NCBI GenBank assembly: GCA_032718475.1
Contig: JAUCBJ010003629.1
Coordinates: 21,485-85,484 of the forward strand
DNA from: Nemertoderma westbladi
Taxonomy: Eukaryota > Animalia > Xenacoelomorpha
Length of the DNA: 64,000 nt
Reading direction: 5' to 3'
Both the position numbers and the translations under genes were made by a program. The notes beneath the pieces are model-generated. The model was not told the DNA's origin. It worked only from the letters and a program-made list of their open reading frames with translations, and ran no database searches. This document shows, in pieces, positions 43,996 to 57,670 of the stretch (position 1 is its first letter; the number at the start of each line of letters is the position of its first letter).

Positions 43996-45471
43996 ATTGT
44001 ATTTTATAATAATCAGAACAGAATGTCACCAAGTTCAAATTTTTAATTATTGAATCATACCATACAAAATGGCTCGTGACCTTGGAAATCATTTTCCTTA
44101 CGGAAATATGTTTGGTTTCAATGCAGAAACGACAATTTCCTCCCCTTGTAAATGTTTTGCCTATAGTTTAATATTACACCACATTGTGCAGTAATTAAAG
44201 TCACCAATTTCCTTCTTCTGATTAAAAATATTTTTTTATTATTATTAAAAAATTAATTACAAATCATTGATTAATGTTGAATTATCATATATTTCTAAGG
44301 TTACCTAGTTTCCAAATAAGGAAATTATTTTCAATTAACCGGGGGAATGCCCTTTGTGTTCGGGGTTCAATCAGCGCTGTGGAATAGAGTTATTCTCGCC
44401 GAGGTAAAGGGAGTAGATCAAAGAGTCGTCGAGGTAAAGGGAGTAGATCAAGGAGTCGTGGAGGAAAGGGGAAGAAGAAAGGAAAGAGAGGAAGATCGAA
44501 GGGGTGTGGGAAGAAAGGAGTGGGAAAGTCGATATCTAATCAATTCGATGTTGCAGCTGGATGGAAGAAGTTGATGAGAGGAAAATAAACAGTTGGAATG
44601 TCATTACAGTACTTTAGGTTAATATGATTGTTTATCTTGTCTGTAAATTCAAATATAATTTTTAAGAATATTTTAACAATACAAATTCTAGAATATTCTA
44701 GAATTGAGTTAATAGAGAATAAAAAAAAAAAAAAAAAAATTAACCGGAAATTTAAACTGTAATTATAATTTTAATTATAATTCAACCCAAAGCAAGATTG
44801 GAGTGTAAATAGAACTGCATCACTCTTAGAAATAATAAAAAATTAAATGTGCATATAGACAACTGTGATAAGTTCTATTATCACCTTCACACTTCATAGC
44901 ATAAACTGATATTATATTGACAATTATCTTATTGACATAACTGATAAAAAAAGTTATGGGCTTTACCAAAAATTATTATATTCGACCTACTACCATATCG
45001 ATTATTCTTCCCCTGAAAAGGATAATTCAATTATGTAACTGTATAAACTTCGTCCCACCCAGACTCTCCTTGTTATAATAGTTTTTCTAATTGTTTTTTT
45101 GGAAAATGGCCTTACTCAATTACAACTAGAACCTACCCATTTAGGTAATGTGTTAAGACCATGGAATACTAAATAATAGACGGAACCGCATTAGTGTTAT
45201 TTTTTCGGCCCCGATATTTTTTCCAATAAAGTGGTAGTATATGCCATAGAAACCCCAGAAAAAAAATTTAAGCAAATTCGACCGGAGCGTTCTCGAGATA
45301 TAATCCGTCAAAGTTTTCAAATTTGCCAACAAGAAATGCAGTGTTGGGGGCGATTGTCAACAATATTATTATTACCACAACTAGCTACAGCTGCACTATT
45401 TTAACTATATTACTATATTACCCTACTACCCACTATATTAACCGATAATTTTTCGATTACAATTAACCAGT

Positions 45472-48400
45472 CGGTTAATTAGTCGGTCAGGTCAGGTCCC
45501 CAGATCCTGCTACCACTATGGCAGTAATGTGGTACTACCTGTAGCTGTCAGCCCAGTAGGGCAGGCCCGATAAGCATAGCCTATTCATTATTTAGTTGAT
45601 CAAGAGTGGGTTGGTTCAGCCCTGTCAACTAAATAAGTAACTGAGGGTTATAGCACCTAGGGCACCATTGAAGGCAAAGGCTTGATACGCATCTGCATTA
45701 GAGATGATACAAGCCCCGCCCTGTCTATACTGGATGCTCCTCTACCAGTGTTAGGTAACCTAACCCCGGAGGCACACTTGGTTCAGGGTGTAACAAATGG
45801 ACCCCTACAGTCGGCAGCAGGGCTGTAGGCCATGGATAGGCGGAAGGTAATCAACCAACGGCTAGACATGCTGACAAGGTCGGCGGAAGGTAATCAACCA
45901 ACGGCGACCTACTGCGAAGACGCTTGTAGGAGTTGCGACCACAAGCGGTTTACCCCCGCAACTGAAAGATATGAGTATGAGAACCCTCCAGGAGAAATAC
46001 CGGCTCGGTCGTCGCCCGGGTCAACAAGGACCGCGTCCCTCAGTGGTACACCAGGCTGGGGTCGATAAATTGGCTACTGGAACAGAAGACAGAGAAGAAA
46101 GAAGAACCAACCTGTTGAAATGTAAAAAGACACTAAAGATTGCTACAATGAACGCACGCACGCTGAAAAGCACAGAGCAAACAGGGTGACATGGTCGCTC
46201 TGGCAATGGAATATAACATCGACATCATCTGCATCCAAGAACATTGGATTTGTCATGAAGACACTGCCATGAAGTACAATTACATTGGAAATGGATGGAC
46301 GTTAGTAACAAGCTCAGCAGTAAGAAACTCGGCCAATGCATCAATTGGTGGAGTAGGAATTCTGCTAAGCCCATTTGCACTTAAGACCCTAAACAACATC
46401 GAATCTATAAATTCCAGGGTTGTGATCGCAACATTTGATGGGAATCCCAAGACAACAGTTATATGTTGCTACAGTCCAACCAATGCATCAGAGCCAGAAC
46501 AAGCAGTCAAGTTTTATGAAGAACTGACTGGACTTATTAAGGACATCCCGAAACACAATGTTAAAGTCATTGCTGGTGACCTGAATGCGCAAATTGGCCC
46601 AGAAGACATCAAGGGTTACACCTATAACACCAGTTCTAACAGAAATGGGTACTTACTCTTAGACCTAATGGAAGAATGTGAATTGATACCAACAAACAAC
46701 ACATTCGAAAAGAGTAAGGGGAAGCTATGGACCTTTCAATACCCTAATGGAACCAAAGCACAACTGGATTACATCCTTATAAACAAAAAGTGGAGAAATA
46801 GCATGATCAACTGCGAGGCATACAGCTCGTTCAACCTAATTGGTTCGGACCACAGAATTGTGACTGCAGAGATCAGACTCAGTTTGAGAGCCAGCAAACC
46901 CAGGACAAGCAAGCAAATCAACTATGACTGGGAGAAACTCAGAACTGACAATGCTGTAAAGGATGCTTATACAGTAGAAGTTCAAAACCGCTTTGAAGCA
47001 CTTCAGTCAATGGATGAAGACCAATCCACCGATTCAATATACCAGAATATAATAACAGCCCACAAGGAATCAGCTAAGAGGCATATCCCCCAGAAACCTA
47101 AACGAAAACAGTATGTGCCATGGCAAAACTCTGAGGTTACTTGTAAGAGAGAAGATCTTAAGATAGCCTACAAAGTTAAAACCGAACAACCAACAACCGA
47201 AAACATTAACAAGGTTGAGAAAGCTAAGGACGATCTTAAATTGGCCTACAACATCAGCCAGGAAAAGTACATACAGGATAAAACTGAAGCAATTACAACC
47301 GCTCACATACAGCAACAATCAAGACTTACCTGGCAAACTGTAAATGAGGTATCTGGTCGGAAAAGTTGTGCAAAGGGGCGCCTCAAAGCCGATAGTCCTG
47401 AAGAACGTGTTGGGAAGTGGAAAAATCACTTCAGCAACTTGCTTGGGCAGCCACCAAACATCGAGGTCAGCCCTACAAGGAAAATATATGACAAGACACT
47501 ACCTATAGAAACAGGGGACTTCACGCCTGCCGAACTCCAAAGAAGTATTAAAAGCATGTCCAATAATAAAGCGAGTGGATTAGATGAAATCCCAGCGGAG
47601 GTATGGAAAACCGGACTGCTAAATAGACCATTATTGAATGTTTGCAACCGGATGTTAAAAGGGGAAAAGCCACCACCAATTTGGACTAAAGGTCAACTAA
47701 AGCCTCTCCCCAAGAAATGAGACCTTGGCATACCAAGAAACTATCGTGGGATCTGTCTGCTTGTGGTAGCTGCCAAAATATACAATAAAATGATTCTATA
47801 TAGGATTATGCCTCACATAGAGAAACTACTGCGTAAGAGCCAAAACGGATTTCGACCAAGTAGATCAACAATAGCTCAGATACTTGCACTACGGAGACTG
47901 ATTGAAGGAATCAAGTCAAAGAATCTCCCCGCAGTCATGACTTTTGTGGACTTCAAGAAGGCATTCGACTCCATCCATAGAGGTAAAATGCTTGAAATCC
48001 TAAGAGCTTATGGAATACCAGAAGTAATTGTTGCTGGCATTGGATTGCTTTATTGCGACACAGAAGCGCAGGTACTCTCACCAGATGGTGAAACTGAGTT
48101 TTTCTCAATCCTGGCTGGCGTACTGCAAGGTGACACATTAGCACCATTACTATTTGTAATTGTGCTGGATTACGCAATGAGGACGGCCACAAAGGGTGAA
48201 GATCTGGGATTCACACTTCAAGAACGCAGAAGTAGTAGATATCCGGCAACTACAGTCACAGACACCGACTTTGCGGATGACATCGCCCTGCTCTCTAATA
48301 CGCTAGCAGATGCACAGCTTCTACTAAATAAAGTGGAGAGGGCTGCTAAGGAGGTTGGATTGCATATAAATGCTACCAAGACCGAATTCATGACCTTTAA

Positions 48401-49026
48401 TGTTGATGGAAACTTGACAACCATTGATAATAATCAACTAAGGCAGGTCGATGACTTCCAGTATCTTTAATCATGGATAGAGAGTAGCAAAAAGGACATA
48501 GAAGTTAGGAAAGCAAAGGCTTGGGTAGCTCTATCAAAAATGGATACCATCTGGAAATCAGATCTCTCCAGGCACCTGAAGACCAAGTTCTTTCGAGCCA
48601 CAGTGGAAAGTGTATTTTTATACGGGGGTGAGACCTGGACACTGACTAAATCACTTGAACAACGAATTGATGGTTGCTACACAAGACTACTAAGGGCAGC
48701 CCTAAACATCAGCTGGAGACAACACATGACAAACGCCGAGCTTTATGGTACAATACCACCTGTATCAACCACCCTCCGTGAACGCAGATTAAGATTCAGT
48801 GGGCACTGCTGGCGAAGTAAAGACGAGGTCATACCAGATCTACTTCTCTGGCAACCAACTCATGGAAAGCGTAGTCGTGGACGACCTGCCATAACATATA
48901 TAGATCAACTTGAAAGGGATACTGAACTTGGGAGAAACGAAATTGCGACAACTATGGAGAATCGGGAAGCCTGGAAGGATCTCATTTCCACTGTCCGAGT
49001 TCGTTCGACCTAGTAGTAGTAGTACT
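45472..49026 (+). mobile_element. Near full-length RTE-clade LINE (APE and RT), inactivated
   Basis: LKIATMNARTL, IQEH, GDLNAQIG, QLDYILI, GSDH, QNGFR, DFKKAFDSI, GVLQGDTLAP, FADD; frameshift near 46190, stops at 47718 and 48468; (TAG)n tail; attaaccagt on both flanks. Confidence 0.93.
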
Positions 49027-49103
49027 ATTAACCAGTACATCGCGTCTCTACACAGTAGGGCCAACACTACTTCACTGGCTACACATAGTGAACTATCTAC
49101 ATC

Positions 49104-49218
49104 ATGCTACGTACTTGTTTAGTTTGCAACTCAAAAGACCATTTGCACCGGTTTCCTATTGATATTGCTGTTTGCAATGAATGGAAACAAGCGATTCGTC
49201 AGGGGCTGAATACGCCAG
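49104..49218 (+). pseudogene. THAP zinc-finger first exon of the P transposase
   Basis: MLRTCLVCNSKDHLHRFP...EWKQAI (CxxC, FP, W of THAP) followed by donor ag/gtaagg. Confidence 0.75.
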
Positions 49219-49559
49219 GTAAGGATTTTATTATTATATCACGCATGAAATGTTCTATGACATGTTATCTATTTGGTACTAGTATAGTATGTGTGTAGCC
49301 ATGGTACAGCAAATTTAAAAAATGTATGTCTTTTTATTTGGTTTTATTGCATTTTATCATTCTAGAACATTGGTGATTGTTCTAGAACCTTAGTAGATAT
49401 TTTTTTCTGGCATCTAGTAGTTTTTTAATTTACTAGTATTTTTGAAAATTAAAAAAAATTATATTTTTTTTACTGTTTTTTTTGATATTGGTAAACATTC
49501 TAGAATCAATGTTTTCACATTTTTTTATAATTTCAAAAAATACTAGCAACTAAAAAAAA

Positions 49560-50468
49560 CGGCTACGGTCCCGTATGCCACTACACTTTTTAAAGAGAAC
49601 TTCCATAATGACACAGCTGATTACTTCCGTATTATTAGACTCTTCTGGGAGTTTATGAACTGTAAACATAATATGTCTAATCCTTACACAAGAACACGCA
49701 GTCGTTATGACAGTGAGCGGCAAAGTTTCCTTCAAACCTTCCTTGACTGGTTGACAAGGTGGAAGTCTTCAAATAAAGCAGGGTTCACGTCGCAGACATT
49801 TTCAGCGCTCATACTAACAGATGCTAACATAATTAAGGTCCTAGATTTGGTCTTCAACAAACTCGAATACCAATTATTTAACCTGTCAGTCCTTGGAGAC
49901 GATGAAATTGAGTTACATTTCAGCAAATATCGCCAGATGTCGGGAGGTCGCTTCCTTGTAAGTCTGTGGGAAGCCACTAACTCAAACAAGATAATTCAAA
50001 TCAAGGCAGCTCTACAATCCAACCAAGATGTCATTGACTGCCTTGATAAAACTAATAGTGAAGATATACGACCAATAATTACGAAACTATCAGCAGCTGA
50101 TGATTTTGATATATTCGACGACGAATCTCTATTGATTATTTCAGACGTGGCTGGATGGGCAGTTCAGTCAATTCCTAATTAAGATGCGTTGTGTTCGTTC
50201 ATGTACCAGATGCGATCTACAAGAAAAATCCCAATCAAGTTCCACGAATATTCGCTACATTTCGATTCGTGACAGAGGGGGATTGTGTTTTTCGAGTGAT
50301 GGATTTGTACATCTTTGCTGCAATATATTTCACAAATTGAAAAAATCATATACCTTGGTAAACAACAAGAACAAAGCGAGTCCAACATTACATAGACTAC
50401 TAGTAAACCAAGTAGATACCACTGAAGTTGTCTGCTCTGAACACAGCGAGAAATTCAAAAACTGGTAA
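49560..50468 (+). pseudogene. P-element (THAP9-like) transposase C-terminal remnant
   Basis: FLDWLTRW...TSQTFSAL...DEIELHFSKYRQMSGG and SIRDRGGL motifs; frameshift near 50182; central part missing. Confidence 0.85.
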
Positions 50469-50856
50469 ACGTATTCCTTAAGGCTGAGGCTAGTCACAGG
50501 AAAGAAATTATTGATGAACAGGAAAGGTATAAAACGGGACTGAATGGATTTAAAGCGCCACAGTTATACAAGAAAAGACGGATTCTTCAGTCAGATATTA
50601 ATCAAAATAACATCCATCCCTTTCAACACTGCCTGGCACTGGCCTGTCGTCTCTAATACCACTGCCACCCTGGCTGTTGTTTCTACTACCACTGCTACGT
50701 TGCCACCCTGGCTGTCATCTTTACTACCACTGCGACCCGGAGACTCTGCCAGCAATCAGAATAGTAGGAGAATCGCCACTCGTATCTTGACAATCACCAC
50801 TACTAGTGACAGCGGTACATCTTTGGAAATCCAAAGAGTGTCCAGTACTTGGCAGT

Positions 50857-50892
50857 GCTGCTGAAGAGGCCTAAAGCCGGCCGAAACGCCGC
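50857..50892 (+). ncRNA. Minimal hammerhead ribozyme-like motif (Penelope type), cleavage triplet apparently altered
   Basis: CTGAAGA-GGCC-taaagcc-GGCC-GAAAC-GCC: core boxes and stem II present; GCC where GTC is expected. Confidence 0.6.
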
Positions 50893-50934
50893 TTCTATTA
50901 ATGGTTTATTATGATAATAATATTATTATAGTAA

Positions 50935-51218
50935 ATAAATTATAAGTAATTAAACAGGACTAAGGATAATCCAACTCTATAGCAAATGGAGCGGAAAAAT
51001 GAATTCGCCACCAGCGGGGATCGAACCCGCGTCTCCCGATAAACGTTCAGGTATGCTAACCACTACACAACATTGCCTCCGTGGTGTAGTGGTTAGCATA
51101 CCTGAACGTTTATCGGGAGACGCGGGTTCGATCCCTGCTGGTGGCGAATTCATTTTTTCCGCTCCATTTGCTATAGAGTTGGATCATCCTTAGTCCTGTT
51201 TAATTACTTATAATTTAT
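50935..51218. repeat. Near-perfect palindrome of two divergent tRNA-derived units (134-bp arms, 15-bp spacer)
   Basis: 50935-51068 is the reverse complement of 51084-51218 apart from about 3 differences. Confidence 0.95.
51075..51146 (+). ncRNA. tRNA-like Pol III unit (pseudo-tRNA or SINE head, nominal GTT anticodon)
   Basis: 72 nt, A box TGGTGTAGTGG, B box GGTTCGATCC, stem CCTGA/TCGGG, but non-canonical loop ACGTTTA and imperfect acceptor stem. Confidence 0.7.
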
Positions 51219-52023
51219 ACAATCTATGGATGTTAAACACTTATACAATTATTATAGTAATATATAAAACTAATAAAAGTGTAAAAATTAGCTTCCACAG
51301 AAGTGTTATAATATATATATATATTAATAGATTTTACCTCGTTGCTATAGTTACCTGTGCTAGAAATATAAATAGATAGGATAAAAATAAATAGGGTAGT
51401 AGTTGCAAAAAATAATTAACTCATGACAAAACCTAGAAATTTTATGTTTGCCCGGTTTCCAGGGAAACGCTCCGGTCAAATTTGCTTAAATTTTTTTTTT
51501 GAGGTTTCTATGGCATATACTACCACTTTATTGAAAAAAGTTTCGGGGCCGAAAAATTAACTCTAATGCGGTTCCGTCTATTATTTAGTATTCCATGGTT
51601 AGACCTAGTATTTTGTACGGATGAGTCTATTGTAGCAGATATGTGTACTTACCTAACCCTCTCTACCAGTGATTATAGTTCGGTTTATTTTAGTTTTGTT
51701 TATCAAAATGTTATGGGTCCGCCAAGTACAGATTTTATCTTGATTTTAAAAAATCCGAATATGTTGGTTTTTCCAATTATTTAAGTAGTTTTTTTACTTT
51801 AACAGCCAATGTTTTTCTTGTGTCACCGTCAATGATTACTGGGAAATTTTTGACGACGCTCTCCAAACGGGCATTTCAATATTTGCCCCAAGGGTTTCTC
51901 TAAGGCCTCAATCAAAAGAAAAACTGTTACTATCTTATGTACACAAATTACAGAACATGAGAAAGCGTCTGTGGCGGCGCAGACACTCTGTTAGCGGTCT
52001 TAGAGTTCAAACGTTGTGCTAAT

Positions 52024-52745
52024 TTGGCCTTCAAAGCGGCTCACAGAGCAGCTTGTCATGCCGCGGCTGTTTTGGACATCTTGTGTAAACTGAAACCTAA
52101 ATCTAGAAGCACACCTGATGGTTTGCCGTGTGTTCTTTTTCATAAACTATCGAGTGATTTAGCAGTGTCTCTGTCTATTATTTTAAATGTTTCTTTTGTA
52201 ACGAAATCATTGCCGACTATTTGGCTGTCTGCATTCATTGTACCTGTATTTAAGAAAGGCAGCCGAAATGATCCCTATTGTTACCATCCGGTTTCTTTGA
52301 CTTGTATTTCCTGTAAAGTTACGGAAATGTGTATTAATTGTGCAATCATGGATTATTTATTTTGTCACAAACTTATATCTAAAATTCAACATGGTTTTCT
52401 TAAAAATAGATCTACTTGCTCGCAACGTTTGGAATGTACTAGTGACTGGTTAATAATGCTCGGTGGTCGGAAAACTATTGACATTGTGTATATTGATTTA
52501 GCGAGGTTCACAGCAAACTTATTCTAAAATTAAGCTCTTTGTATTTCCGGCGATTTATTATTGTGGATTAAAGCATTTCTTCACAATCGGGTCCAGTCAG
52601 TACTTGTATATTATTTCTGATGTTAGATAGGCGCTATCTGGAACAGTCCAAGGCAGTGGACCCACTCTGTTTATATTATATATTAATGATTTATCGCTGC
52701 ATATGGGCATGGTTAACTGTAAATTATTTGCAGACGACTTAAAAT
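52024..52745 (+). pseudogene. CR1-clade LINE RT fragment
   Basis: PDGLP, VPVFKKGSR, PVSLTCISCK, QHGFL, DIVYID, YINDL and LFADD with frameshifts. Confidence 0.85.
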
Positions 52746-53275
52746 GGATGGTGTTAAGCCACAAAAGTTCAAATTGATATAATCGATGTCAAATTTTTTA
52801 ACATCCTGGTGATCGTTGTTGTATTATCCAGATACTGTTGTGTTTTTATAAGAAAACAATTATGGAATTTAAAGTTTTTTTCAAGTTAGTGTGCTAAAAT
52901 ATAGTATTTTCTCCGAAATATTGATCAAAATGTGGCGTAACACTTTTGGTAAACTTAATAGTTGGCAAAACGTTGAATTGTCAAAAGGTGTCATACTTAC
53001 AAAAATATGTCAAAAGATGTCAAGCCACAAAATTATTATGTGGATTAAATCTTTTTTGCAATATTATTTCTGGTTTAACACTCAATGTGGGATAACACCC
53101 TTTTGCATAACACCGTCCAAGTTCTTTTTTGTCTGAAGCATTAAGAAATCTTGAATCGTGGTGCTTTACTTGGCAGCTCAAGATATGTAGCAACGGACAA
53201 GTGTCGCTTTTTGTCAATATCACTTTCTAGAAAAAGGTCATTTAACCAATATTTCCAGTTCAACAATGTCATTAA

Positions 53276-54650
53276 CCCTATTAGTACCGGGCTATAAAAT
53301 GTTGTACAAATACCGGGGGGGGGGGTCATATTGACCCCCCCTCTAAAATCTACAAATATTTACGAAAACGTCTGATTTTTTGTTTGTACGTAGGTATCAC
53401 TTGTCTGGATCCGACCGAAAAAAAAATTTTTCGAAAAAAATGTACTGGGGTGGTTATATTGCAGCACCAAAATTACAAGTAGTGCACAATTTTCACCAAA
53501 TTTGAAAGTTACATTTTCGGCTAATTATTTTTCAATACAGGTTTTCTGGGGTGCAAAATACATTGGAAAATATTAAAAAATGATATGATTACTATAAATG
53601 GCTGTTTAGTCCTCTCTGCGTAGGAAAAAAATGAAAAAAACAAGTAACCAGCACTTTTCAGTTAGAACACAAAATTTTTAATTCACTTATACGATGCTAT
53701 AAATTCACATTTTCAGGTTTTCGAGGGCGCTGATTCTAATGGAATACATTTCTAATATGCCAGATCATTGCTACTTGTATTTTTCGGCGTAATTTGGCAA
53801 CGTACCCATCACCAAAAAGTACAAGTTTGCGATGTCCAGTGCTGTTTTAATTGATTCCATCGGATTCAGGACCCTCATAAACCCGTATAACGCAAGAAAC
53901 AAGGTGATACTATCTACTTATCAATTTGCATATTTTCCAAAATTTGGTGCTGGCACAACAATTTTCACCCACCGGCGAAAAATACAAGTTTGAGAACTCT
54001 TATGAAATTTTTACTGATTCCATTGAATTCAGAACCATCAAAAACCCGTATAACGCAAGAAACAAGGTGACACAATCAATTTTATCTATTGAATGGATTT
54101 TCAAAATTTCGTGCTAGCACCAAAATTTGCACAAAGCACCGAAAAATACAAGTTTGATACGCTTGGTGCAACTCGTATATATTTCATCGAATCCAGAAAT
54201 CCAAAAAACCCCAATTGCGTAAAAAATAAGTTTCAAACGATCAATTTACAAAATTGACTTATTTCAAAATTTGGTGCTGGCACCAAAATTTGGCACCCAC
54301 CGAAAAAAACAAGTTTGAAATTTCTAAATCAATTTATATGAATTCCATCAAATTTCTAACACCAAAAAACCGGTGTAAATCAAAAATAGAGATGTTACAA
54401 TTCATATTTAATGAAATGTAATTTTCAAAAAACGTCTCAAAAAAAGTGCCAAAAGTAGGGTTAAAAAATGGTGCTATAACTCGAAAAGTACCCAATATTT
54501 TTGAAAACGGTTTTCACTAATAGGAAAACAATAGATTTTTAGGAAAAGTCATAAAATTTCAGATTCCCAACTGCGTTTGTTTCAGAATTATAATAAAAAA
54601 ACCACGGGGGGGGGGTCATATTGACCCCCCCCCCCCCGGGTTTAATAGGG
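53276..54650. mobile_element. Non-autonomous piggyBac-type element
   Basis: TTAA on both flanks, CCCTATTA/TAATAGGG termini, subterminal G(n)TCATATTGAC(n) palindrome near both ends, internal ~170-bp repeats. Confidence 0.88.
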
Positions 54651-54654
54651 TTAA

Positions 54655-54935
54655 AGTGACAGATAGCTTCAATGATCTGGGGATTTTAGTCATCGATACA
54701 TTACATTTTGACCAACACTAAACATTGATAATTTTTTCGTTTTTTGTCCTACCTCTAACACACGAGGACACAAATTCAAACTTTTTACTCCTCACCACCG
54801 TCTTTTAATTTTGAAAAGTCAATATTCTAGTCGCGTAGAATCTATCTGGAATTCATTACCTACGGATGTTGCCCTTTCTTTAAATACAACAATTTTTAAG
54901 AATAAATTACGTGCATGTAATTTGGTGAAGTTTTG
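54655..54935 (+). pseudogene. CR1 ORF2 3' remnant (continuation of 52024-52745)
   Basis: DLGI, TRGHKFKL, WNSLP and FKNKL motifs. Confidence 0.75.
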
Positions 54936-55124
54936 TAAGTTCGACGGTGTTTTCCTTTGATTTTTCTCTATGTACAAATTATCGGAAATTATGTCAGCCA
55001 TTTTTTATTTCACCTATTATTAGTGGTGTGTATTAACCTTGGTGATTTTTCTCCCTTCTAATATTATATTTTAAGTGCTTATAATAATAATAACAGGCTA
55101 GGTGACAGTATTGTATGGTGGTAG

Positions 55125-56073
55125 TGTGACGGGATCCGAGTTGGCAAAAGATCCCGACTGGTGTGTGTGTGTTTCGAATCGTATGGAAGACACGCGTCAC
55201 CGCGTCTGCTAGACTACTGAAAGGCTGTGAATGTAACTGAAAGGCTGAAGGCCGGTGAAATAACTGAATTTATAGTTATAGTTGTTCGTAATATCAGATA
55301 AGCACAATCAGTCTAATACAATAATAGCAGAAACAATAATAGCGACGACGGTTAAAACCCGTCTGACTTCTACACTCAATGTAGCCAACTGAAGCACAAT
55401 TAACAGGAGTAACGGTTATATATATTACATGGGATATACATTCCTACCTAGGTTTGACCTACCAGTGAATGCGCGATAATTGATGGAAAACCACCAAGTC
55501 ATTGATTGATCTATTCTCTGGCCAATCCCTATTTTCCCCTGGCCCTATGCTAGCTTCCCCCTGAGATGAGCTTATGTGCTGGCATCTCTCTCTAGCTGGC
55601 AGTGTATATTGCCTTGGTGCCTTTAGTATGCGATATTATATTGGTAATATCGCATATCCAATCATGATTCGTAAATCATGCTTTTCCCCATTCCGCTGGG
55701 TGGTGCAGTGAATTAGGTCTGCTAACAGGTAGACTCACTGCATAATGGCCTGGAAATGTGAAATACCTATATCAGGCTGCATATTTGGAACGATGATAGC
55801 CACTCACTGTTACCCAGTCTGCTGCTAAAGAGTGTAATGACTGAAAGTGAAACAGTCGCCCATTAATTTGATTATGAAATGTCTGAATGTGAAAAACCTT
55901 CTCACATTTTGTTGTTTTTATCCTTTGAACAGAGGGAGTCTGCTTACTACAGGTACACTATAGGTATTGTTTGTGAGTTTAGTCTGCCGCTAAGGGGCAA
56001 AATGTCTGAGAGTTAAAACCTTCTCCCACTTTATTATTCAGTAGTACGTAATCCTTTGAGGTGATCTATCACA
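55125..56073 (-). mobile_element. Probable solo LTR related to the element 3 LTR
   Basis: TGTGA...TCACA ends; minus-strand 3' end GGATCCCGTCACA equals 58569-58581 and a cacgcgtc(a/c)ccgc motif is shared; no matching TSD. Confidence 0.55.
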
Positions 56074-57174
56074 ACATAATGCACATGTAGTAGTAGATTG
56101 TATAGATACCTGCCAAGTAAAGCTGATTTTCTTTGGGAAATGCTGACATTTTGTTAAGAGGATTAATTAATTAATTTATGTTTGAAATGTTGAATAAGCT
56201 TTTGTACGAGAAAGGCTTTCAAAAGGCCAACAGCCTTCTAATCTATAAATATACCTATATACATTGTAGGTTTTGTAGTTGTGGGTCTCACCATTCCAAA
56301 TAGCGAAAACATGAATATATTAATGATATTTCCGACATTGTTGATGATTTAGGAGAACTCACCGAGACAGAGATATCGAGTGCACTAATATTGGCATGTC
56401 CTGATATACAAACCACCTTCATCAGTCAGTGAGCAAACAGTGAACCCCCACAATAGTTTCATGTACCCGTACTAACAATGAGATTAATACCATATCAAGA
56501 AGTCTTCAATTACCTCAGTGTGAATTGCGAGTGTCGCAAGATCTTGATGATAACCAATATATCCATGACCATAAAGAACTTCTTGCATGCATCAAATGTC
56601 ATCAAATGTGTCCAAGATTTGGGATCAAGGGAACTAGTGCCACAGGCACATGGCCAGAACCAACCCTTTGGAGCAAGTGACTATTATTCTCAATTTTCGC
56701 GATAGCCAACTTTGAGTTCTCCTACTGCATTAATAGTATGCTCATTATAACCGCAATGACCGATTTAGTGGGGGTAGACACCATCAAACAAGCGCAGAGC
56801 GAATAGTTCTTGAGATATTGCAGAAAATGTGAAGTCCTGCACAAGTCAACATTACCGCCTTGATGCGATATGGACAAAATACACTAAAAATTATACTTTG
56901 AATTATCTCAAGGGTTCAAGAATAGACACATCGCAGAAATGATCGATTTAGTAGGTGTAGACACCTTCAAAATAGGAGTAGAGTCATTAGTTCTTGAGTT
57001 ATTGTACAAAATGTCAGGACTATGTCCACCAATGGATACTTTATATTGAGTTGACCCATTCCACACATTTTGTACAAAAATTAAAGAGAACTAATCACTA
57101 CTGTTTCATTTTGAAGGTGTCTGTATACCCTAAATCAATTCATTGCAGTGATGTGTTTATTTTTGATACCTTAA

Positions 57175-57640
57175 CCCTATTACCACTTGGGTGTTTAGAC
57201 CATTAGCAGCACTGGTGGGGGGTCGATCCCCCCCCCCCCCACCCCCCCCCCCCCCACTGTATTTTTGTTATCATCCAATAAAATCCTACGAAATTTGTGC
57301 TGTAGGTGAAAAAATTATAGAAGAACATTTTCAAAGCCAAAAATGGGTATAATAAATTTCATGAAAAATAGAAGTCCCAGGACAAAATATAAATTTTTTT
57401 GATATTCCAAAAACTGATAGTGTGGCATTGTTGGCTAGCATTAGTAGGTTTTTCACTACGCTGAATCGAATGTGATTATATTCCATTTCCGAAAATTGAA
57501 CTGGATGCTATTTTTAGTGCACCTAGGAAGTGGGCGTGGCACTTCAAATTTTGTAAAATACGATATTCGGAAAATACTCCCATCTTTTGATTTCAACGCG
57601 TTTTTATAGGTTTTCTCGACCGCTGAATCGAATGACATTT
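57175..57640. mobile_element. Truncated piggyBac-type MITE end
   Basis: TTAA followed by CCCTATTA and a G(n)TCGATC(n) palindrome like 53276-53341; no right end found. Confidence 0.6.
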
Positions 57641-57670
57641 TATATATATATTATATTGACGTTATTGATA

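Larger units (their letters stand above)
45160..51597 (+). mobile_element. P-superfamily DNA transposon, internally deleted, with nested insertions
   Basis: ~135-bp imperfect TIRs starting CATGGAATACTAAATAATAGACGG; flanks gttaagac and gttagac (near-TSD); THAP and transposase remnants inside. Confidence 0.88.

Noticed and set aside
45490-45830. HDV-like ribozyme in the RTE 5' UTR
   Set aside because: Hairpins are present but I could not build the nested double pseudoknot by eye; needs a descriptor search
51075-51146. Functional tRNA-Asn gene
   Set aside because: No U33, mismatched acceptor stem, and part of a palindromic repeat with a shared tail
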